Positions 10,662-22,052 of a stretch of DNA of 64,000 bases are shown piece after piece. The notes beneath the pieces were generated by a model. The model was not told the DNA's origin. It was given only the letters and a program-made list of their open reading frames with translations, and ran no database searches. Position 1 is the first letter of the stretch. Every line of letters starts with the position of its first letter. The stretch is from assembly GCA_965242725.1 (NCBI GenBank), contig CBDESZ010000004.1:1-64000 (forward strand), written 5' to 3'. This DNA comes from Alkalispirochaeta sp. (lineage in GTDB: Bacteria > Spirochaetota > Spirochaetia > DSM-27196 > Alkalispirochaetaceae). Position numbers and translations under genes: made by a program.

Positions 10662-11654
10662 ATGAAGGGTGAATCGGAGATTCCGGCTATCGAAACGGTC
10701 GGCGTGACACGAAGTTTTAAGGCCACCCGGGCTCTCGCCGGTGTTGATTTGTCCGTATCGCGCGGTTCGGTTTTCGCCCTCCTCGGCCCCAACGGTGCCG
10801 GAAAAACGACGCTGGTGCGGATTCTCGCCACTCTGTTGCAGCCCGACGGCGGTATTTCCCGCGTCCTCGGGTATGATACGGTCCACCATGCCGACGAGGT
10901 TCGCCGGCGGGTGAGTCTGACCGGTCAGTTTGCCTCAGTCGATGAAGATCTCACCGGTCGGGAAAACCTCTTTCTTCTCGCCCGCCTCCATGGATACTCC
11001 CGTTCCGATGCGGGGCGACGGACCGGTGAGCTCCTGACCGCATTTGATCTTGCCGACGCCGGAAAACGGATGGTAAAGACCTATTCCGGCGGAATGCGCC
11101 GCCGTCTGGACATCGCGGCGGGCATTGTAGTGACGCCGGACGTCATGTTTCTGGACGAACCGACCACGGGGCTCGATCCGCGAAGCCGCAACGAGGTGTG
11201 GGCGATCGTCCGTGCCCTTGTTGCGGGGGGAACTACCGTTCTGTTGACCACTCAGTATATGGAGGAGGCGGATCAGCTGGCGGACCGCATCGCCGTGATC
11301 GATAAAGGGCGGATAATTGCAGAAGGCACGAGTGACCAGCTCAAAGAACGAGTGGGAACGGGAGTTCTCCACATCAGGATTCGGGACGCCCGGAATCGTG
11401 CCGCGGCGGTGGCGCTGTTGCGGCAACACAACGACCTGGCCGACGGTTTGGGTACCGATCAGGCGATGATTGCCGTCCGGGTGGATGGAGCGGAGTCGGG
11501 TGCCGCACTTCTCGCCCGGCTGCGGAGTGAAAACATCGGTATCGACACCTTTTCCTTCGGCCGTCCCTCCCTGGACGAAGTCTTCCTTGCGCTGACGGGA
11601 CATTCCGCAGAAACGGTCGCGGATGAGGCGGAGGCAACGGAGGACGCGTCATGA
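10662..11654 (+). CDS. DrrA-family ABC exporter ATP-binding protein
   Basis: GPNGAGKTT, YSGGMRRRLD, FLDEPTTGLDP, LLTTQY, PSLDEVFL. Confidence 0.92.
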   Translation: MKGESEIPAIETVGVTRSFKATRALAGVDLSVSRGSVFALLGPNGAGKTTLVRILATLLQPDGGISRVLGYDTVHHADEVRRRVSLTGQFASVDEDLTGRENLFLLARLHGYSRSDAGRRTGELLTAFDLADAGKRMVKTYSGGMRRRLDIAAGIVVTPDVMFLDEPTTGLDPRSRNEVWAIVRALVAGGTTVLLTTQYMEEADQLADRIAVIDKGRIIAEGTSDQLKERVGTGVLHIRIRDARNRAAAVALLRQHNDLADGLGTDQAMIAVRVDGAESGAALLARLRSENIGIDTFSFGRPSLDEVFLALTGHSAETVADEAEATEDAS

Positions 11655-12454
11655 CGACCGTACAATCTGTGTTATCCACGGAAGGACGACCGAAGCGTCC
11701 CGGAGCCATGAGCGCCTCCATAACGTTTGCGGGCCGGGCGCTACTCAAGATCAGGCACGTTCCCGAACAGATGCTGGACGTAACCTTTTTTCCCGTCATG
11801 TTTACCCTGATGTTCACCTACCTCTTCGGAGGCGCGCTTGCGGGTTCTACGGGTGCGTATTTGCAGTATCTCCTCCCGGGGATTCTCGTCCAGAGCGTCG
11901 TTTTCATTACCGTTTATACCGGATTCGGTCTCAATACGGATATTACGAAGGGTGTCTTTGATCGTATACGATCGCTGCCGGTGTGGCGCCCGTCCGCGAT
12001 CGTCGGTGCCCTGTTGGGTGATACCGTACGTTACACCATCGCGTCCGCGGTAACCTTGATGCTGGGACTCATTCTCGGTTATCGCCCCGCCGGCGGTATC
12101 ACAGGCGTTGTCGCGGCGATCGGGCTGCTTCTCGTCTTTTCCTTCTCCCTTTCCTGGGTGTGGACCACATTGGGGCTCCTTCTGCGGACGCCGAACTCCG
12201 TCATGGGGGTGAGCATGACGATTCTCTTTCCCCTCACCTTTGCAAGTAACATATTTGTCGATCCCGCGACGATGCCCGCAGGCCTGCAGGCTTTTGTACG
12301 GGTTAATCCCATTACCATGCTTGTGACCGCGGTCCGCGGCCTGATGGGAGGGACGGCGACGGGTGAACAGGTCGTCGCCGCCATCCTGGCGGGGAGCGTA
12401 TTTGTCGCGATTTTTGGTCCGGTGACTATGGTGATATATCGACGCAGGCAGTAA
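11651..12454 (+). CDS. DrrB-family ABC-2 permease
   Basis: Six TM segments, GVFDRIRSLP, NPIT motif; ATGA overlap with the ATPase. Confidence 0.9.
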   Translation: MTTVQSVLSTEGRPKRPGAMSASITFAGRALLKIRHVPEQMLDVTFFPVMFTLMFTYLFGGALAGSTGAYLQYLLPGILVQSVVFITVYTGFGLNTDITKGVFDRIRSLPVWRPSAIVGALLGDTVRYTIASAVTLMLGLILGYRPAGGITGVVAAIGLLLVFSFSLSWVWTTLGLLLRTPNSVMGVSMTILFPLTFASNIFVDPATMPAGLQAFVRVNPITMLVTAVRGLMGGTATGEQVVAAILAGSVFVAIFGPVTMVIYRRRQ

Positions 12455-12612
12455 TGCAGGCGCGAATCCGGCTATCAGACCGACGACGGAACAACTTCGA
12501 GACCGATTCGTAGCTCTCGCGGCTTCCGGAGTCGTTTTCCATGTTAGTGAATAAAAAGCGTTAAAATTCTCGCCGGTCACATACACCGGCGCATACATAT
12601 TGGGGGACAGTC

Positions 12613-14280
12613 ATGAGACTGAGTCGAACATTTATACTCATCGGGACGATCACGATCGTGCTGGTTATCGTTTCGGGAGTGTTGAACATATTGACGGCCC
12701 GGGTCGGTGTCGAGATTGAGGCAAAGCATACAGAGCGATTCCGGGCGTTTGCTATCGCCGACGAGTTTCGTCAAACGTCGATGGATTTGACCCGGCTTGC
12801 CCGTTCCTATGCCGCCACCGGCGACGAGGGGTACCGGGATGAATACTGGTCCATCGTACGATGGCGTTCCGGTGACGAACCGCGTCCGATGACGGTTCAC
12901 TCCGACCTGTATCCCGGAGAGACGATCGATCAGCGGGTGATCATGGAACGGGTCGGATTTACCCGGGCGGAATTCACCATGCTTGACGATATCACCAATA
13001 TGTCAAACGAACTGGTAAACCTCGAGCAGCAGGCGATGGAGACCGTTCGCCTCGGGGAGATACAGGACGGCCCCGCGACGGCGGGTGCAGACGAGGACGT
13101 GCAATCTTTTGCCGTGCGGATTCTTTATGGTGAGACATACAATAACGACGTCCAGCGCATCTGGGGGACCGTCGACGAGTTTGTGGCGCTGCTGGATGAA
13201 CGGATCTTCGCGGAAATCCAGGAGCTGGAGTCCTTTCGGCAGGTGCTGACTATAGCTTCATTTGCCTCCCAGTTTGTCATCGCCCTCGTCGTTATCCTGC
13301 TCGTATTTTTTATGCTCCGGACGGTACTCGCAAAGATTCTTGGCGGTGAACCCGCCGACCTGGCGTCCAGGAACTGGGAAATTTCCCGGGGGAACCTTGC
13401 CACCTCGATATCCGTACGATCAGGCGACGCGGAGAGCCTCGCGGCTTCGATGAAAAATATGGTTGAAAGTTTGCAAGATGTGGTAACGCGAGTGAGCGAT
13501 GCCGGCGACAGGGTGACAAATACGAGCGCCGAGATCAACGACTCGGCCCAGGCGCTGTCCCAGGGGGCAACGGAGCAGGCGGCCAGCGCGGAAGAGGTCT
13601 CGTCCTCCATGGAACAAATGGGCGCCAATATCCGCCAGAACTCGGACAACGCAATGGAGGCCGAAAAGATATCGCAAAAGGCGGCCCAAAATGCGGAAGA
13701 AGGAGGAGGCGCAGTTACCCGAACCGTGGAAGCCATGCGGGAAATTTCGGACAAGATAAATATCATTGACGAAATCGCGCGCAACACCAATCTCCTCGCC
13801 CTCAATGCGGCGATTGAGGCCGCCCGCGCGGGGGAACAGGGCAAGGGGTTTGCCGTCGTAGCGAGTGAGGTACGAAAGCTCGCCGAGCGTAGTCAGCAGG
13901 CGGCGGGAGAGATTGCCGATCTCTCCAGGAGCAGCGTGGACGTCGCGGAAAACGCCGGCAAGACGATCAGCGCCATCATTCCCGACATTCGCCGGACCGC
14001 AGAGCTCGTGCAGGAGATAAGCTCAGCAAGCAAGGAGCAGAATACCGGTGCGGAGCAGATCAACCAGGCGCTCCTGCAGCTGGATAAGGTGGTTCAGCAG
14101 AACGCCGGTGCCGCCGAGGAAATGGCGTCCATGTCCGAACAGCTTCATGATCAGGCGGAACAGCTTCAGTCGGTCATCTCATTCTTTCAGGTTGACGAAA
14201 GGAGTGAAACGGTAAGGCAGCTTGTCGCACCGGTTCATTCACCGAGTAATCCCGCACGGGAAGAGTTTGAAAGTTTCTGA
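12613..14280 (+). CDS. Methyl-accepting chemotaxis protein
   Basis: Two TMs; [40 protein letters not shown]. Confidence 0.96.
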   Translation: MRLSRTFILIGTITIVLVIVSGVLNILTARVGVEIEAKHTERFRAFAIADEFRQTSMDLTRLARSYAATGDEGYRDEYWSIVRWRSGDEPRPMTVHSDLYPGETIDQRVIMERVGFTRAEFTMLDDITNMSNELVNLEQQAMETVRLGEIQDGPATAGADEDVQSFAVRILYGETYNNDVQRIWGTVDEFVALLDERIFAEIQELESFRQVLTIASFASQFVIALVVILLVFFMLRTVLAKILGGEPADLASRNWEISRGNLATSISVRSGDAESLAASMKNMVESLQDVVTRVSDAGDRVTNTSAEINDSAQALSQGATEQAASAEEVSSSMEQMGANIRQNSDNAMEAEKISQKAAQNAEEGGGAVTRTVEAMREISDKINIIDEIARNTNLLALNAAIEAARAGEQGKGFAVVASEVRKLAERSQQAAGEIADLSRSSVDVAENAGKTISAIIPDIRRTAELVQEISSASKEQNTGAEQINQALLQLDKVVQQNAGAAEEMASMSEQLHDQAEQLQSVISFFQVDERSETVRQLVAPVHSPSNPAREEFESF

Positions 14281-14313
14281 AGAGGCTGAGTCGTCGCGGG
14301 TCGTCACGCTTCG

Positions 14314-14988
14314 TCACATCTCCCCGAAGAGCTCGCCCTCCGTCACCACCGGCGGTTGGGTGACAAATCGTCTGGACTGCTCCGCCTCGAGGGTGCGCTC
14401 CCGGATCGTCTCAAAGGAGTCGGTACGGTCAAGCCAGCGGTCCACGTCATCCTTTCCCAGGACCACCGGCTGGCGTAGGGTGCTGTTGTGGACGTATCGC
14501 ATCACTCCCTGCGCCTCCATGGTGCAGACGGTACAGGATGCGTAGGGGACGCCGTCAATTTCACCGACCCGGTAGAGGCCCGGCAGGAACATCGGTTCTT
14601 CGTCGGGAAGTTTAATGAGGTACCGCGTCTTTGACCCGTCCTTTTCATGCCGCCACTCGTAAAAGCCGGTAAAAAAGACGACACACCGATTCTCTTCAAC
14701 AAGGGGCTTGTACAGCCGTTTCTCCGTCAGCTCCTCGATGCGGGCGTTTGCCGTCCATATTTTCAGACTCTTGAGCTTCTCCGTCGTTTCGATCCAGGGC
14801 GGCACGAGGAGCCATCGCATCGGCTGAAAACGTCCCCGCTCAGTGGCCGTGACCACCGGAACCTCCGGACGCGCGGCGGCGCTTATACGCAGAAAATGGG
14901 GAAAGGGCCGCACCTTCTCCCAGGTGGCAACGGATTCAATGCTGAAGGGGAATATTCCTCCCGTGTCGAGCTGGGCGGTATAACACAT
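14314..14988 (-). CDS. SOS response-associated peptidase (SRAP/YedK/HMCES family)
   Basis: N-terminal MC (catalytic Cys2), MRW, NARIE, RCVV..GFYEW, VHN..RQPVVL. Confidence 0.88.
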   Translation of the reverse strand: MCYTAQLDTGGIFPFSIESVATWEKVRPFPHFLRISAAARPEVPVVTATERGRFQPMRWLLVPPWIETTEKLKSLKIWTANARIEELTEKRLYKPLVEENRCVVFFTGFYEWRHEKDGSKTRYLIKLPDEEPMFLPGLYRVGEIDGVPYASCTVCTMEAQGVMRYVHNSTLRQPVVLGKDDVDRWLDRTDSFETIRERTLEAEQSRRFVTQPPVVTEGELFGEM

Positions 14989-15074
14989 AGACGCTCCTTT
15001 CCATTATGTATGTATATCGCGCTCTTCCGGAGTCAAGAACAGGGCCCGGGAAAACCGGTCTCGCTACGCGGTCG

Positions 15075-15911
15075 TCAGGGGGCGAGTTTTTCGGGCGCCT
15101 CCTCCCTGATGAGCGCCCGAGCAAGCACCTTCATGGGGTCGACCGCAGGAACACCGCCGACGGTCGCATCGGGAATGGCCAGGGGAAGTTCTGTGCAGCC
15201 GAGAATGATGACCTCCGCACCACGGTCAATGAGCGTCCGTGTATACCCGGTGACCCGCTCTACGGCGCGCCGGTCCGGCGGAGAGACGGCCTTGAGCCCC
15301 CACTCACGATTGTATATCGATTCATGGAGCAGGGGCTGTTCCTCTTCCGGGACTTCAAGGACGGTGAACCCGCGCCGTTCCAGGGCGTCTTTATAGATAC
15401 CGGCCTGTCTCGTCCCGGTGGTCGACATGAGTCCCACATTACCACCGGCCGATACCAGGTCGGCCACCGCTGTTATCGTCTCGTCCACCATGTTCACAAT
15501 CCGGATCGGCAGTTTCGCCTCCTCGACGAGACGAAGGAAGGTACGAAAGATCCGGGGAGCGTGAAAGGTATTGCAGGGAATACCGGCAACGGCGGAGGCT
15601 ATGGTCCGGGCGCCGGCGCCGGCACCTGCGCTGTTTCCGTCGGGCTGACCTCCATTCGGCAAATGAGCCCCTTCCGCTGCAATCGCCCCTGCGGCCATGC
15701 GCATGACCTGAAACATGCCCCGTGCCGGATCGGGAACGTCCTTCCCCTGGAGATAGTCCGTACGGTCGCCGACGAGGGGTGACCGGGAGAGGTGGAGTAC
15801 CTCCAGATGGTCCTGATCGGTCCCATTTGTGTGGGTGTTCTCTATTATTTTTTGGTGGAGCAGGACGCCCGCCATCGGGCCTACGCCACCACCGATCACT
15901 ATCATGGACAA
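15075..15911 (-). CDS. Aspartate/glutamate racemase family protein
   Basis: GGVGPMAG, DQDH, IPCNTFH and LGCTELP (two catalytic Cys). Confidence 0.92.
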   Translation of the reverse strand: MSMIVIGGGVGPMAGVLLHQKIIENTHTNGTDQDHLEVLHLSRSPLVGDRTDYLQGKDVPDPARGMFQVMRMAAGAIAAEGAHLPNGGQPDGNSAGAGAGARTIASAVAGIPCNTFHAPRIFRTFLRLVEEAKLPIRIVNMVDETITAVADLVSAGGNVGLMSTTGTRQAGIYKDALERRGFTVLEVPEEEQPLLHESIYNREWGLKAVSPPDRRAVERVTGYTRTLIDRGAEVIILGCTELPLAIPDATVGGVPAVDPMKVLARALIREEAPEKLAP

Positions 15912-15967
15912 CTCCCCGTCAAAACCCGTATTGACCGCCCTCGGGAAAGGCCGTATCGTCCTATCAT

Positions 15968-16342
15968 ATGCCTTCTCTCAAGGAAATTGCAGCACGTCTG
16001 CGGGAACTCGGCCTGGAATCGGAATATCGGTATCGGGCGGAGACGCGACGCATTCCGGAATGTCTTTCCGGTTCCGAGACGCTCCTCGGGATCACATCGG
16101 GTATCCGCGGCGGACGGCGGTGGCTCGTCCTCTGTACGGAGGGGCGCATCCTCTTTCTCACCAAACCGACGCTTGGAACTCCCGATCTCATCGCCTTTGA
16201 TCGATCCGATATTCGCGGTGTTGAAGGACGGAAGGGGCTGTTTTTCGCCTCTGTGTCAATTTCCACGAATCGCGACACCTACACCTTTTCGAATGTCCTG
16301 AAGAAAAGCCTCCCCTCTTTTCTTGCCGCCGTCGGGGAATAA
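15968..16342 (+). CDS. Bacterial PH-domain-like protein
   Basis: 124 aa, LVLCTEGRILFL and KGLFF pattern typical of bPH domains. Confidence 0.6.
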   Translation: MPSLKEIAARLRELGLESEYRYRAETRRIPECLSGSETLLGITSGIRGGRRWLVLCTEGRILFLTKPTLGTPDLIAFDRSDIRGVEGRKGLFFASVSISTNRDTYTFSNVLKKSLPSFLAAVGE

Positions 16343-16503
16343 TCCCGCCGTGAGCGCAACCTCTGCAGTATTCACAAGATTGTTGATATTTCGGTGCAAT
16401 TCTCTTCCGGAGAAGGAATAGGTTTTTCGCGTCCTGGTGTCGGCAGCTACATCATTGTAGTCCCGACAATTATCCAACGTGGATCAACAGGCTTGTGAAT
16501 ACG

Positions 16504-16530
16504 AAAAAGCCTCTCCCGTGAGGGAGAGGC
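16504..16530 (-). terminator. Rho-independent terminator downstream of the symporter
   Basis: GCCTCTCCC-GTGA-GGGAGAGGC perfect 9-bp stem, with AAAAA on + (U-tract on -). Confidence 0.75.
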
Positions 16531-16591
16531 CGGGGGAGAGGCGGAACTCAGGGAAACCTGACGGTACCGCCTTCAAAGCGAAACGCGCCGG

Positions 16592-17878
16592 TCAGCTCCA
16601 CAGCGCCGTGTCAAGTTCGTTTTCGCTCTTTGCGACAATGGTTGTACCGGTGAGGTCGCCGGTAACGTTGACGCTCGTGCGGCCCATGTCGAGTATCGCA
16701 TCAATGCCGAGAATCATCGCGTACGCCGCCGCAACGGCTGAACCGTCCTCCATGGGGAGGCCGACGGACTGCAGCACCATGAGAAGCATGATCGCTCCCG
16801 CGCCGGGAACGCCTGCCGTTCCGATGGAGGCAAGGACGGCGGTGACGATAATCGTAACCTGCTGTCCGAAACCCAGGGGCAGGCCGATTGCGTATCCGAT
16901 AAAGAGGGCACAGACACCGAGATAGATCGCCGTACCGTCCATATTTATCGTAGCACCCAGGGGCAGGGTGAATGAGTGGACCTTCCGGCTGATACCGAGA
17001 TTCTCTTCTGCGTTTCGCATCGTGACGGGGAGGGTACCGCCGGAGCTGCGGGTCACAAATGCGGTGACCATCGCTTCCCGGGAACCCTTGAGAAACTTGA
17101 TGAAACTGAGCTTGTTCAGCTTCAGCAGTCCGCCGTAGACGACAACCACGTGAAGAACCAGACCGAGATAGACCGCCACAACGACGATTCCCAGCGGGCC
17201 GGCGGCGGCGGCGCCCTGTTGGGCAAAGACGACTGCCAGAAGGGCAAAGACACCGATGGGAGCGTATTGAAGTACCCATCGAACCATGACGTACATCACC
17301 TCCGCGGCGCCGTCAAAAACGGTGTAAAGCGTCTCTCCCGCCTGTTTGATCCGCTCATTGCCGCTCACTTTCAGGTACGAAATCCCGATGCCGAAGAGAA
17401 TGGCAAAGAAAATTGTCGGAAGAACCGCGCCGCTGGAAAGGGCGTTAAAGGGGTTGTCGGGCACGATATTCAGCAGCGTGTCCTGCAGAGCCGGTTGCTG
17501 CAGCACACGGCCGGCAGCCCCTGCCGTTCCCGTCAAGCCGAGTCCCGAGCCGGGCTGAAAGATATTTGCCATGGCCAGACCGATTGCGACGGCGAAGGCC
17601 GACGTAAAGAGATAGAAGAGAACGATCTTCACACCCACCTTGCCGAGTTCTGCGGGACTGATACTCGCCGCGCCCATGACGAGGGTCGCAAAGATGACCG
17701 GCATGACGATCATTTTCAATAGTCGGACAAAGAGCGTCCCGAACGGGGCAACCCACAGAATTGACTCCCCGGCGATCAGCCCGACGATAGCGCCGAGAAC
17801 GAGACCGACAAGAATACGCATCAGGAGATTGGACTTGAAGTACCAATCAAACAAGCCTTTTTTTTCTGAAGCACTCAT
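16592..17878 (-). CDS. Dicarboxylate/amino acid:cation symporter (GltP/GltT family)
   Basis: [45 protein letters not shown]. Confidence 0.95.
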   Translation of the reverse strand: MSASEKKGLFDWYFKSNLLMRILVGLVLGAIVGLIAGESILWVAPFGTLFVRLLKMIVMPVIFATLVMGAASISPAELGKVGVKIVLFYLFTSAFAVAIGLAMANIFQPGSGLGLTGTAGAAGRVLQQPALQDTLLNIVPDNPFNALSSGAVLPTIFFAILFGIGISYLKVSGNERIKQAGETLYTVFDGAAEVMYVMVRWVLQYAPIGVFALLAVVFAQQGAAAAGPLGIVVVAVYLGLVLHVVVVYGGLLKLNKLSFIKFLKGSREAMVTAFVTRSSGGTLPVTMRNAEENLGISRKVHSFTLPLGATINMDGTAIYLGVCALFIGYAIGLPLGFGQQVTIIVTAVLASIGTAGVPGAGAIMLLMVLQSVGLPMEDGSAVAAAYAMILGIDAILDMGRTSVNVTGDLTGTTIVAKSENELDTALWS

Positions 17879-18066
17879 GACAAATTCCTCCACCTTACAG
17901 AGATATGAGACATGGTCATCCCGAATTCTCCGGACGTATATAGTCCCAAAAGTGGAAATTTTGCCGAAAATTCAGCGGTGCTTCGACCAAACATACACCA
18001 AATGGTGTATACCGGAGGTGCAATGGAATCCGGTGACCGCCTCGGCACCGCAATGCAACGCCGGGC

Positions 18067-18714
18067 TCACACGAGGTCGGAGTTCATCACCTTCTTCATG
18101 AACTCAACCTTGGAGTTGACCTGCAGCTTCTTGTAGATATTGAGAATATGCTTCTTTACCGTGGAGCCCGCGATGTGATAGCGCTCGGCAATCTCCCGGT
18201 AGGTGAGCCCCTCCACGATGGCGCCGACGATCTCCCGTTCCCGGGCGGTGAGGTGATACTCATCTCCGGAGGTACACCTTTCGCGACGGAGTTCAGAAAA
18301 CAATTTCCGGGCAATAAGGGGACTGATCGGGGAACCCCCGGCATACAGCTCCTTGATCTGTGCCACCAGTTCACCGGGAGACGTGTTCTTCACGACATAC
18401 CCGGCGGCGCCCCGCTCAATGGCGGACATGATCTTCCGCTCCTCCTCGAAGATGGTGAGGATGAGCACTTCAACCTTTGGAAAACGCTCCCTGATAATTC
18501 CCGTAGCCTCAATCCCCGTCATGCCGGGCAGGACTATATCCATGAGGACCACGTCGGGAAGAATCGCATCGCCGTCGAGATGGGAGAGAAGGGTCTCGGC
18601 GTCGCGAAAGGCGCCGAGCACACGAATCTCAGGGTCGAGGTTGAGAAGATAGCGAAATCCCTCCCGCACCTCCTGGACGTCTTCGCAAATGGCGACCTTA
18701 ATCGCGTTCATCAT
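18067..18714 (-). CDS. NarL/LuxR-family response regulator
   Basis: Receiver DVVLMDI; LTAREREI..GLTYREIA HTH. Confidence 0.93.
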   Translation of the reverse strand: MMNAIKVAICEDVQEVREGFRYLLNLDPEIRVLGAFRDAETLLSHLDGDAILPDVVLMDIVLPGMTGIEATGIIRERFPKVEVLILTIFEEERKIMSAIERGAAGYVVKNTSPGELVAQIKELYAGGSPISPLIARKLFSELRRERCTSGDEYHLTAREREIVGAIVEGLTYREIAERYHIAGSTVKKHILNIYKKLQVNSKVEFMKKVMNSDLV

Positions 18715-20479
18715 CGTCTCCCTCGCCAGGAATTTTCAGAACCACCGTCGTTCCCGCCTCCCGGGCCGACGTTACCGAAAAGAGACCGCCCAGCCGCTCA
18801 ATACGGTGGCGTAAATTGAGAATCCCGAAACTGTCCGGGGGAATGCCTGCAATATCAAAACCGCGGCCGTTGTCGCGAAAGGTGACTACCACATACCGCT
18901 CTTCGGACCGGATCGTCAGAAACACCGACGTTGCGTTTGCGTGTTTCAGCACATTGCTCGTCAGTTCCTGAAAGGTCTTCTCCAGCTCCATCGCCGTCTC
19001 CCGGGGCAGAATGTCCAGGTCGGAGACCTCACCGTCAAGCGTGAACGAGATATGCTTGAGTTCCAGGCGGCGTCGGATCTGCAGTTCAATGACCAGGCGA
19101 AAGTCGACGATCATGCGGTCGCTGTCGAGGCTGCCTGAAAGGATCTCCTTGAGATCGTTGAGGCCCGCCTGGGCGTTCTCCTCAATGCGGTCGTGCATAT
19201 CAATCCGCACCGGCGGATCCGATGCCGCCGAGCGTGCGACATTGTTGGAAATGACGATGTTGGTGAGACGGGAACCGAGGGAGTCGTGAAGATACCCGTA
19301 GATCCGCTCCTTCTCCTCAATGATTCTCAGGCGCAGATTCTCCTGCTGCAGGCGCTGAAGTCGTTCCGTCCGTTCCCGTACCTTCTGTTCCATCTCAAAG
19401 GTGTAGCTTTCCACCGTATCGGCAAGGGCGTTGAAACTGCGCGCCAGCGTCCCCAGTTCATCCTCGCGGTGGACATCGATGCGGGCGGTACCGTCGCCGG
19501 TACGAATCCTGCCGATCGTCGCCGCCATGCGTTCGATCGGTTCAATCACGAGCTGCCGGCTCGACCACTCCAGGGCGATGAGCAGAAGGATCATGAGCAG
19601 GAGGTTGAGGGCGATACTCAGGCGGATCGCGCTGTAGGTGGAGGCCATGACCGCCGGGACGGGAAGGCCGACATAGATGGTCCACCCCGTGACGGGATTC
19701 TGCGTGTACGAGACAAAGTGGGCCACCCCCGCGGAGTCGGCGATAAAGCGTCCCGAGGTGCCCTTCAACCCGCCTTCCCAGGTGAATGGCGGTGCCGAGT
19801 CGTCGGCAACTCCGGCAAACTGATCCACCAGGGGCGCCCCAAGACGGTCGGTGATGTAGACCCTGCCTCCCTTGCTGATGTCAAAATCGGAAATGAGGGA
19901 CTGCAGCGCGTCAAGCATAATGTCCAGGCCGAGAACGCCCACAAGATCGCCTGAAGGGTGGTACACCGGCAGGACACAGGTAATGCCGTACTCATCGATA
20001 CTGGCGTAGAGATAGGGATCGGTAACGGCAAAAGCGTCGACCGCCATCGCCTCCCGGTACCACGGACGGATGCGGGGATCGTAGTCCGGCGGAAAGGTGG
20101 GGCTGTTGTCGACAAAGCCTTCACCGTATCCCCACTCGTGCATCGCCCCCGATTCGGTGCCGAGATAGATGGCGCGCATATAGTCCCGCCGGGACCACAC
20201 ATTGGTGAGCACCAGCTCCCGGAGCGCTTCAACGTCCACATCGTATACCGCCCGATGTGCCGCCAGTGCGCGGGCAATCTCTTCCATGTTTTCAAAGAAC
20301 TTCGTCACATGGGTATCTGCCTCTTCCAGAACGGTGTCAGCCAGCTCCGCCGCGGTCCGTTCCGCCGAGTCCTTCATGAGACCGTAGGTGAGAACGACGA
20401 GAACGACGGCAAAGAAGAGGACCGTGGCGGCTACCGTGAGGGTCAGCTTTCCCTTCACGGTGGACAGAAACTTTCTCAT
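18698..20479 (-). CDS. Sensor histidine kinase (dCache-HAMP-HisKA_3-HATPase)
   Basis: YDPRIRPWY Cache motif, DELGTLARSFN HAMP, LHDSLG, NVLKHANA, DNGRGF. Confidence 0.92.
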   Translation of the reverse strand: MRKFLSTVKGKLTLTVAATVLFFAVVLVVLTYGLMKDSAERTAAELADTVLEEADTHVTKFFENMEEIARALAAHRAVYDVDVEALRELVLTNVWSRRDYMRAIYLGTESGAMHEWGYGEGFVDNSPTFPPDYDPRIRPWYREAMAVDAFAVTDPYLYASIDEYGITCVLPVYHPSGDLVGVLGLDIMLDALQSLISDFDISKGGRVYITDRLGAPLVDQFAGVADDSAPPFTWEGGLKGTSGRFIADSAGVAHFVSYTQNPVTGWTIYVGLPVPAVMASTYSAIRLSIALNLLLMILLLIALEWSSRQLVIEPIERMAATIGRIRTGDGTARIDVHREDELGTLARSFNALADTVESYTFEMEQKVRERTERLQRLQQENLRLRIIEEKERIYGYLHDSLGSRLTNIVISNNVARSAASDPPVRIDMHDRIEENAQAGLNDLKEILSGSLDSDRMIVDFRLVIELQIRRRLELKHISFTLDGEVSDLDILPRETAMELEKTFQELTSNVLKHANATSVFLTIRSEERYVVVTFRDNGRGFDIAGIPPDSFGILNLRHRIERLGGLFSVTSAREAGTTVVLKIPGEGDDDERD

Positions 20480-20645
20480 CCCGCCGCCTCCCGAGTCCGG
20501 AGTCGGAAAGGGTGCCTGACAGAGACGGCCGGCGGGGATACACAAACCCGTTTGATCAGCACGAGTGGAGTATAGTACAGATCGACGCCCCGTATAAGAA
20601 AAGATCGCCCCGTCGAAAAAAAAGTCCCGACTTCGCGTTTAATAC

Positions 20646-20700
20646 TTGACACAATCAATAAGAAATTTAAACCTATAAATCGGTAGGGTAATAGGGAATA
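20646..20700 (+). promoter_or_regulatory. Putative promoter/operator of the sulfur-relay operon
   Basis: TTGACA at 20646 in an AT-rich tract; imperfect palindrome CCTA-N8-TAGG at 20672-20687; AAGGAG SD before ATG 20719. Confidence 0.45.
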
Positions 20701-20718
20701 ATTATTGAAGGAGTTACC

Positions 20719-21639
20719 ATGGGATTTTCGGACGAACAGGTGCTGCGGTATTCACGACATATTCTCCTGAAAGGGGTCGGCGGAAAAGGGCAGAAAAAGC
20801 TGTTGGACTCCCGGGTCCTCGTCATCGGCGCGGGAGGTCTGGGCTCGCCGATCACCCTCTACCTCGCTGCGGCGGGGGTGGGCACCCTGGGTATTGTCGA
20901 TGACGACGCGGTGGAATTGAGCAACCTGCAGCGGCAGATCGCACACCATACCGCCGATATCGGCCGTCCCAAGGTGGAGTCCGCCGGAACGACGGCACGG
21001 GCCATCAACCCCGACGTCACCGTCGTTCCCCACCACCATCGCATACACAGTGAGAATATCCGCGACATCATTCGCGACTACGACTTCATCGTCGAAGGTA
21101 CCGACAACTTCCCCACCAAATTCCTCGTCAACGACGCATGCGTATTCGAGGACAAACCCTTTTCAATCGGCGGGGTCCTGCGCTTTCAGGGCAACACCAT
21201 GACCCACGTCCCCGGATCGGCGTGCTATCGCTGCACCTTTCCCGCTCCGCCCCCGGCGGGCTTGGTACCGACCTGTGCGGAGGCGGGCGTCTTCGGCTCC
21301 GTCGTCGGCATGATCGGCACCGTCCAGGCGACGGAAACGCTGAAATACCTCCTCGGCGTCGGAGATCTCCTCACCGACCGCCTGCTCACCATGGACGCCC
21401 TTGAGATGGAATGGCGCACAATACACGTCCGGCGGGACGACGACTGCCCCATATGCGGCACTTCCCCCACAATCAGGGAACTCATTGAAGAAGAGCAGGT
21501 CGCGTGCGGCGTACCCGATGCGGAGGTGCCCCGTGTGGAAGCGTCCGCTGAAGAGGCGTTCGCTGAGGAGGCGTCCGTGGAAAAAAACACCCTCGCCGAC
21601 GCCCACCGGACCATCCGCGAGACGGTTGTACGGCGATGA
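20719..21639 (+). CDS. MoeB/ThiF-family (E1-like) sulfur-carrier adenylyltransferase
   Basis: RYSRH, GAGGLG, SNLQRQ, CYRC, PTCAEAG, CPIC. Confidence 0.93.
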   Translation: MGFSDEQVLRYSRHILLKGVGGKGQKKLLDSRVLVIGAGGLGSPITLYLAAAGVGTLGIVDDDAVELSNLQRQIAHHTADIGRPKVESAGTTARAINPDVTVVPHHHRIHSENIRDIIRDYDFIVEGTDNFPTKFLVNDACVFEDKPFSIGGVLRFQGNTMTHVPGSACYRCTFPAPPPAGLVPTCAEAGVFGSVVGMIGTVQATETLKYLLGVGDLLTDRLLTMDALEMEWRTIHVRRDDDCPICGTSPTIRELIEEEQVACGVPDAEVPRVEASAEEAFAEEASVEKNTLADAHRTIRETVVRR

Positions 21640-22052
21640 CCATACGCATTCCCCGTGACATTGCGGACAGAATCCGCGCACAGGCCCGCAGGGAGGCACC
21701 CGCGGAGTGCTGCGGATATCTGGGCACCGTTGACGGAACGGTCCGGACCATCTATCCCATGACCAACGTCGACGGGAGCCCCACCCATTACACCCTGGAC
21801 CCGCAGGAGCAGTTTGACGTCGTACGAATGGCACGTGACGCCGGCGAAGAAATCACCGCCGTCTATCACAGCCACCCCACGAGCGCCGCTCGGATGTCCG
21901 ACGAAGACCTGCGTCTCGCCTACGATCACACGATTCTGTACATCATCTACTCCATCCCGGACAACCATCTCCGGGCCTACCGCGTAGCGGATCACCACGT
22001 CGCGGAAGAGTGGATTGTCGAGCTCTTCGACGGGAGGGATGACGATGGCTGA
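21636..22052 (+). CDS. JAB/MPN+ (M67) metalloprotease, Mec/HcyD-like
   Basis: ECCG and YHSHPTSAARMSDED (E..HxH..S..D JAMM motif). Confidence 0.92.
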   Translation: MTIRIPRDIADRIRAQARREAPAECCGYLGTVDGTVRTIYPMTNVDGSPTHYTLDPQEQFDVVRMARDAGEEITAVYHSHPTSAARMSDEDLRLAYDHTILYIIYSIPDNHLRAYRVADHHVAEEWIVELFDGRDDDG

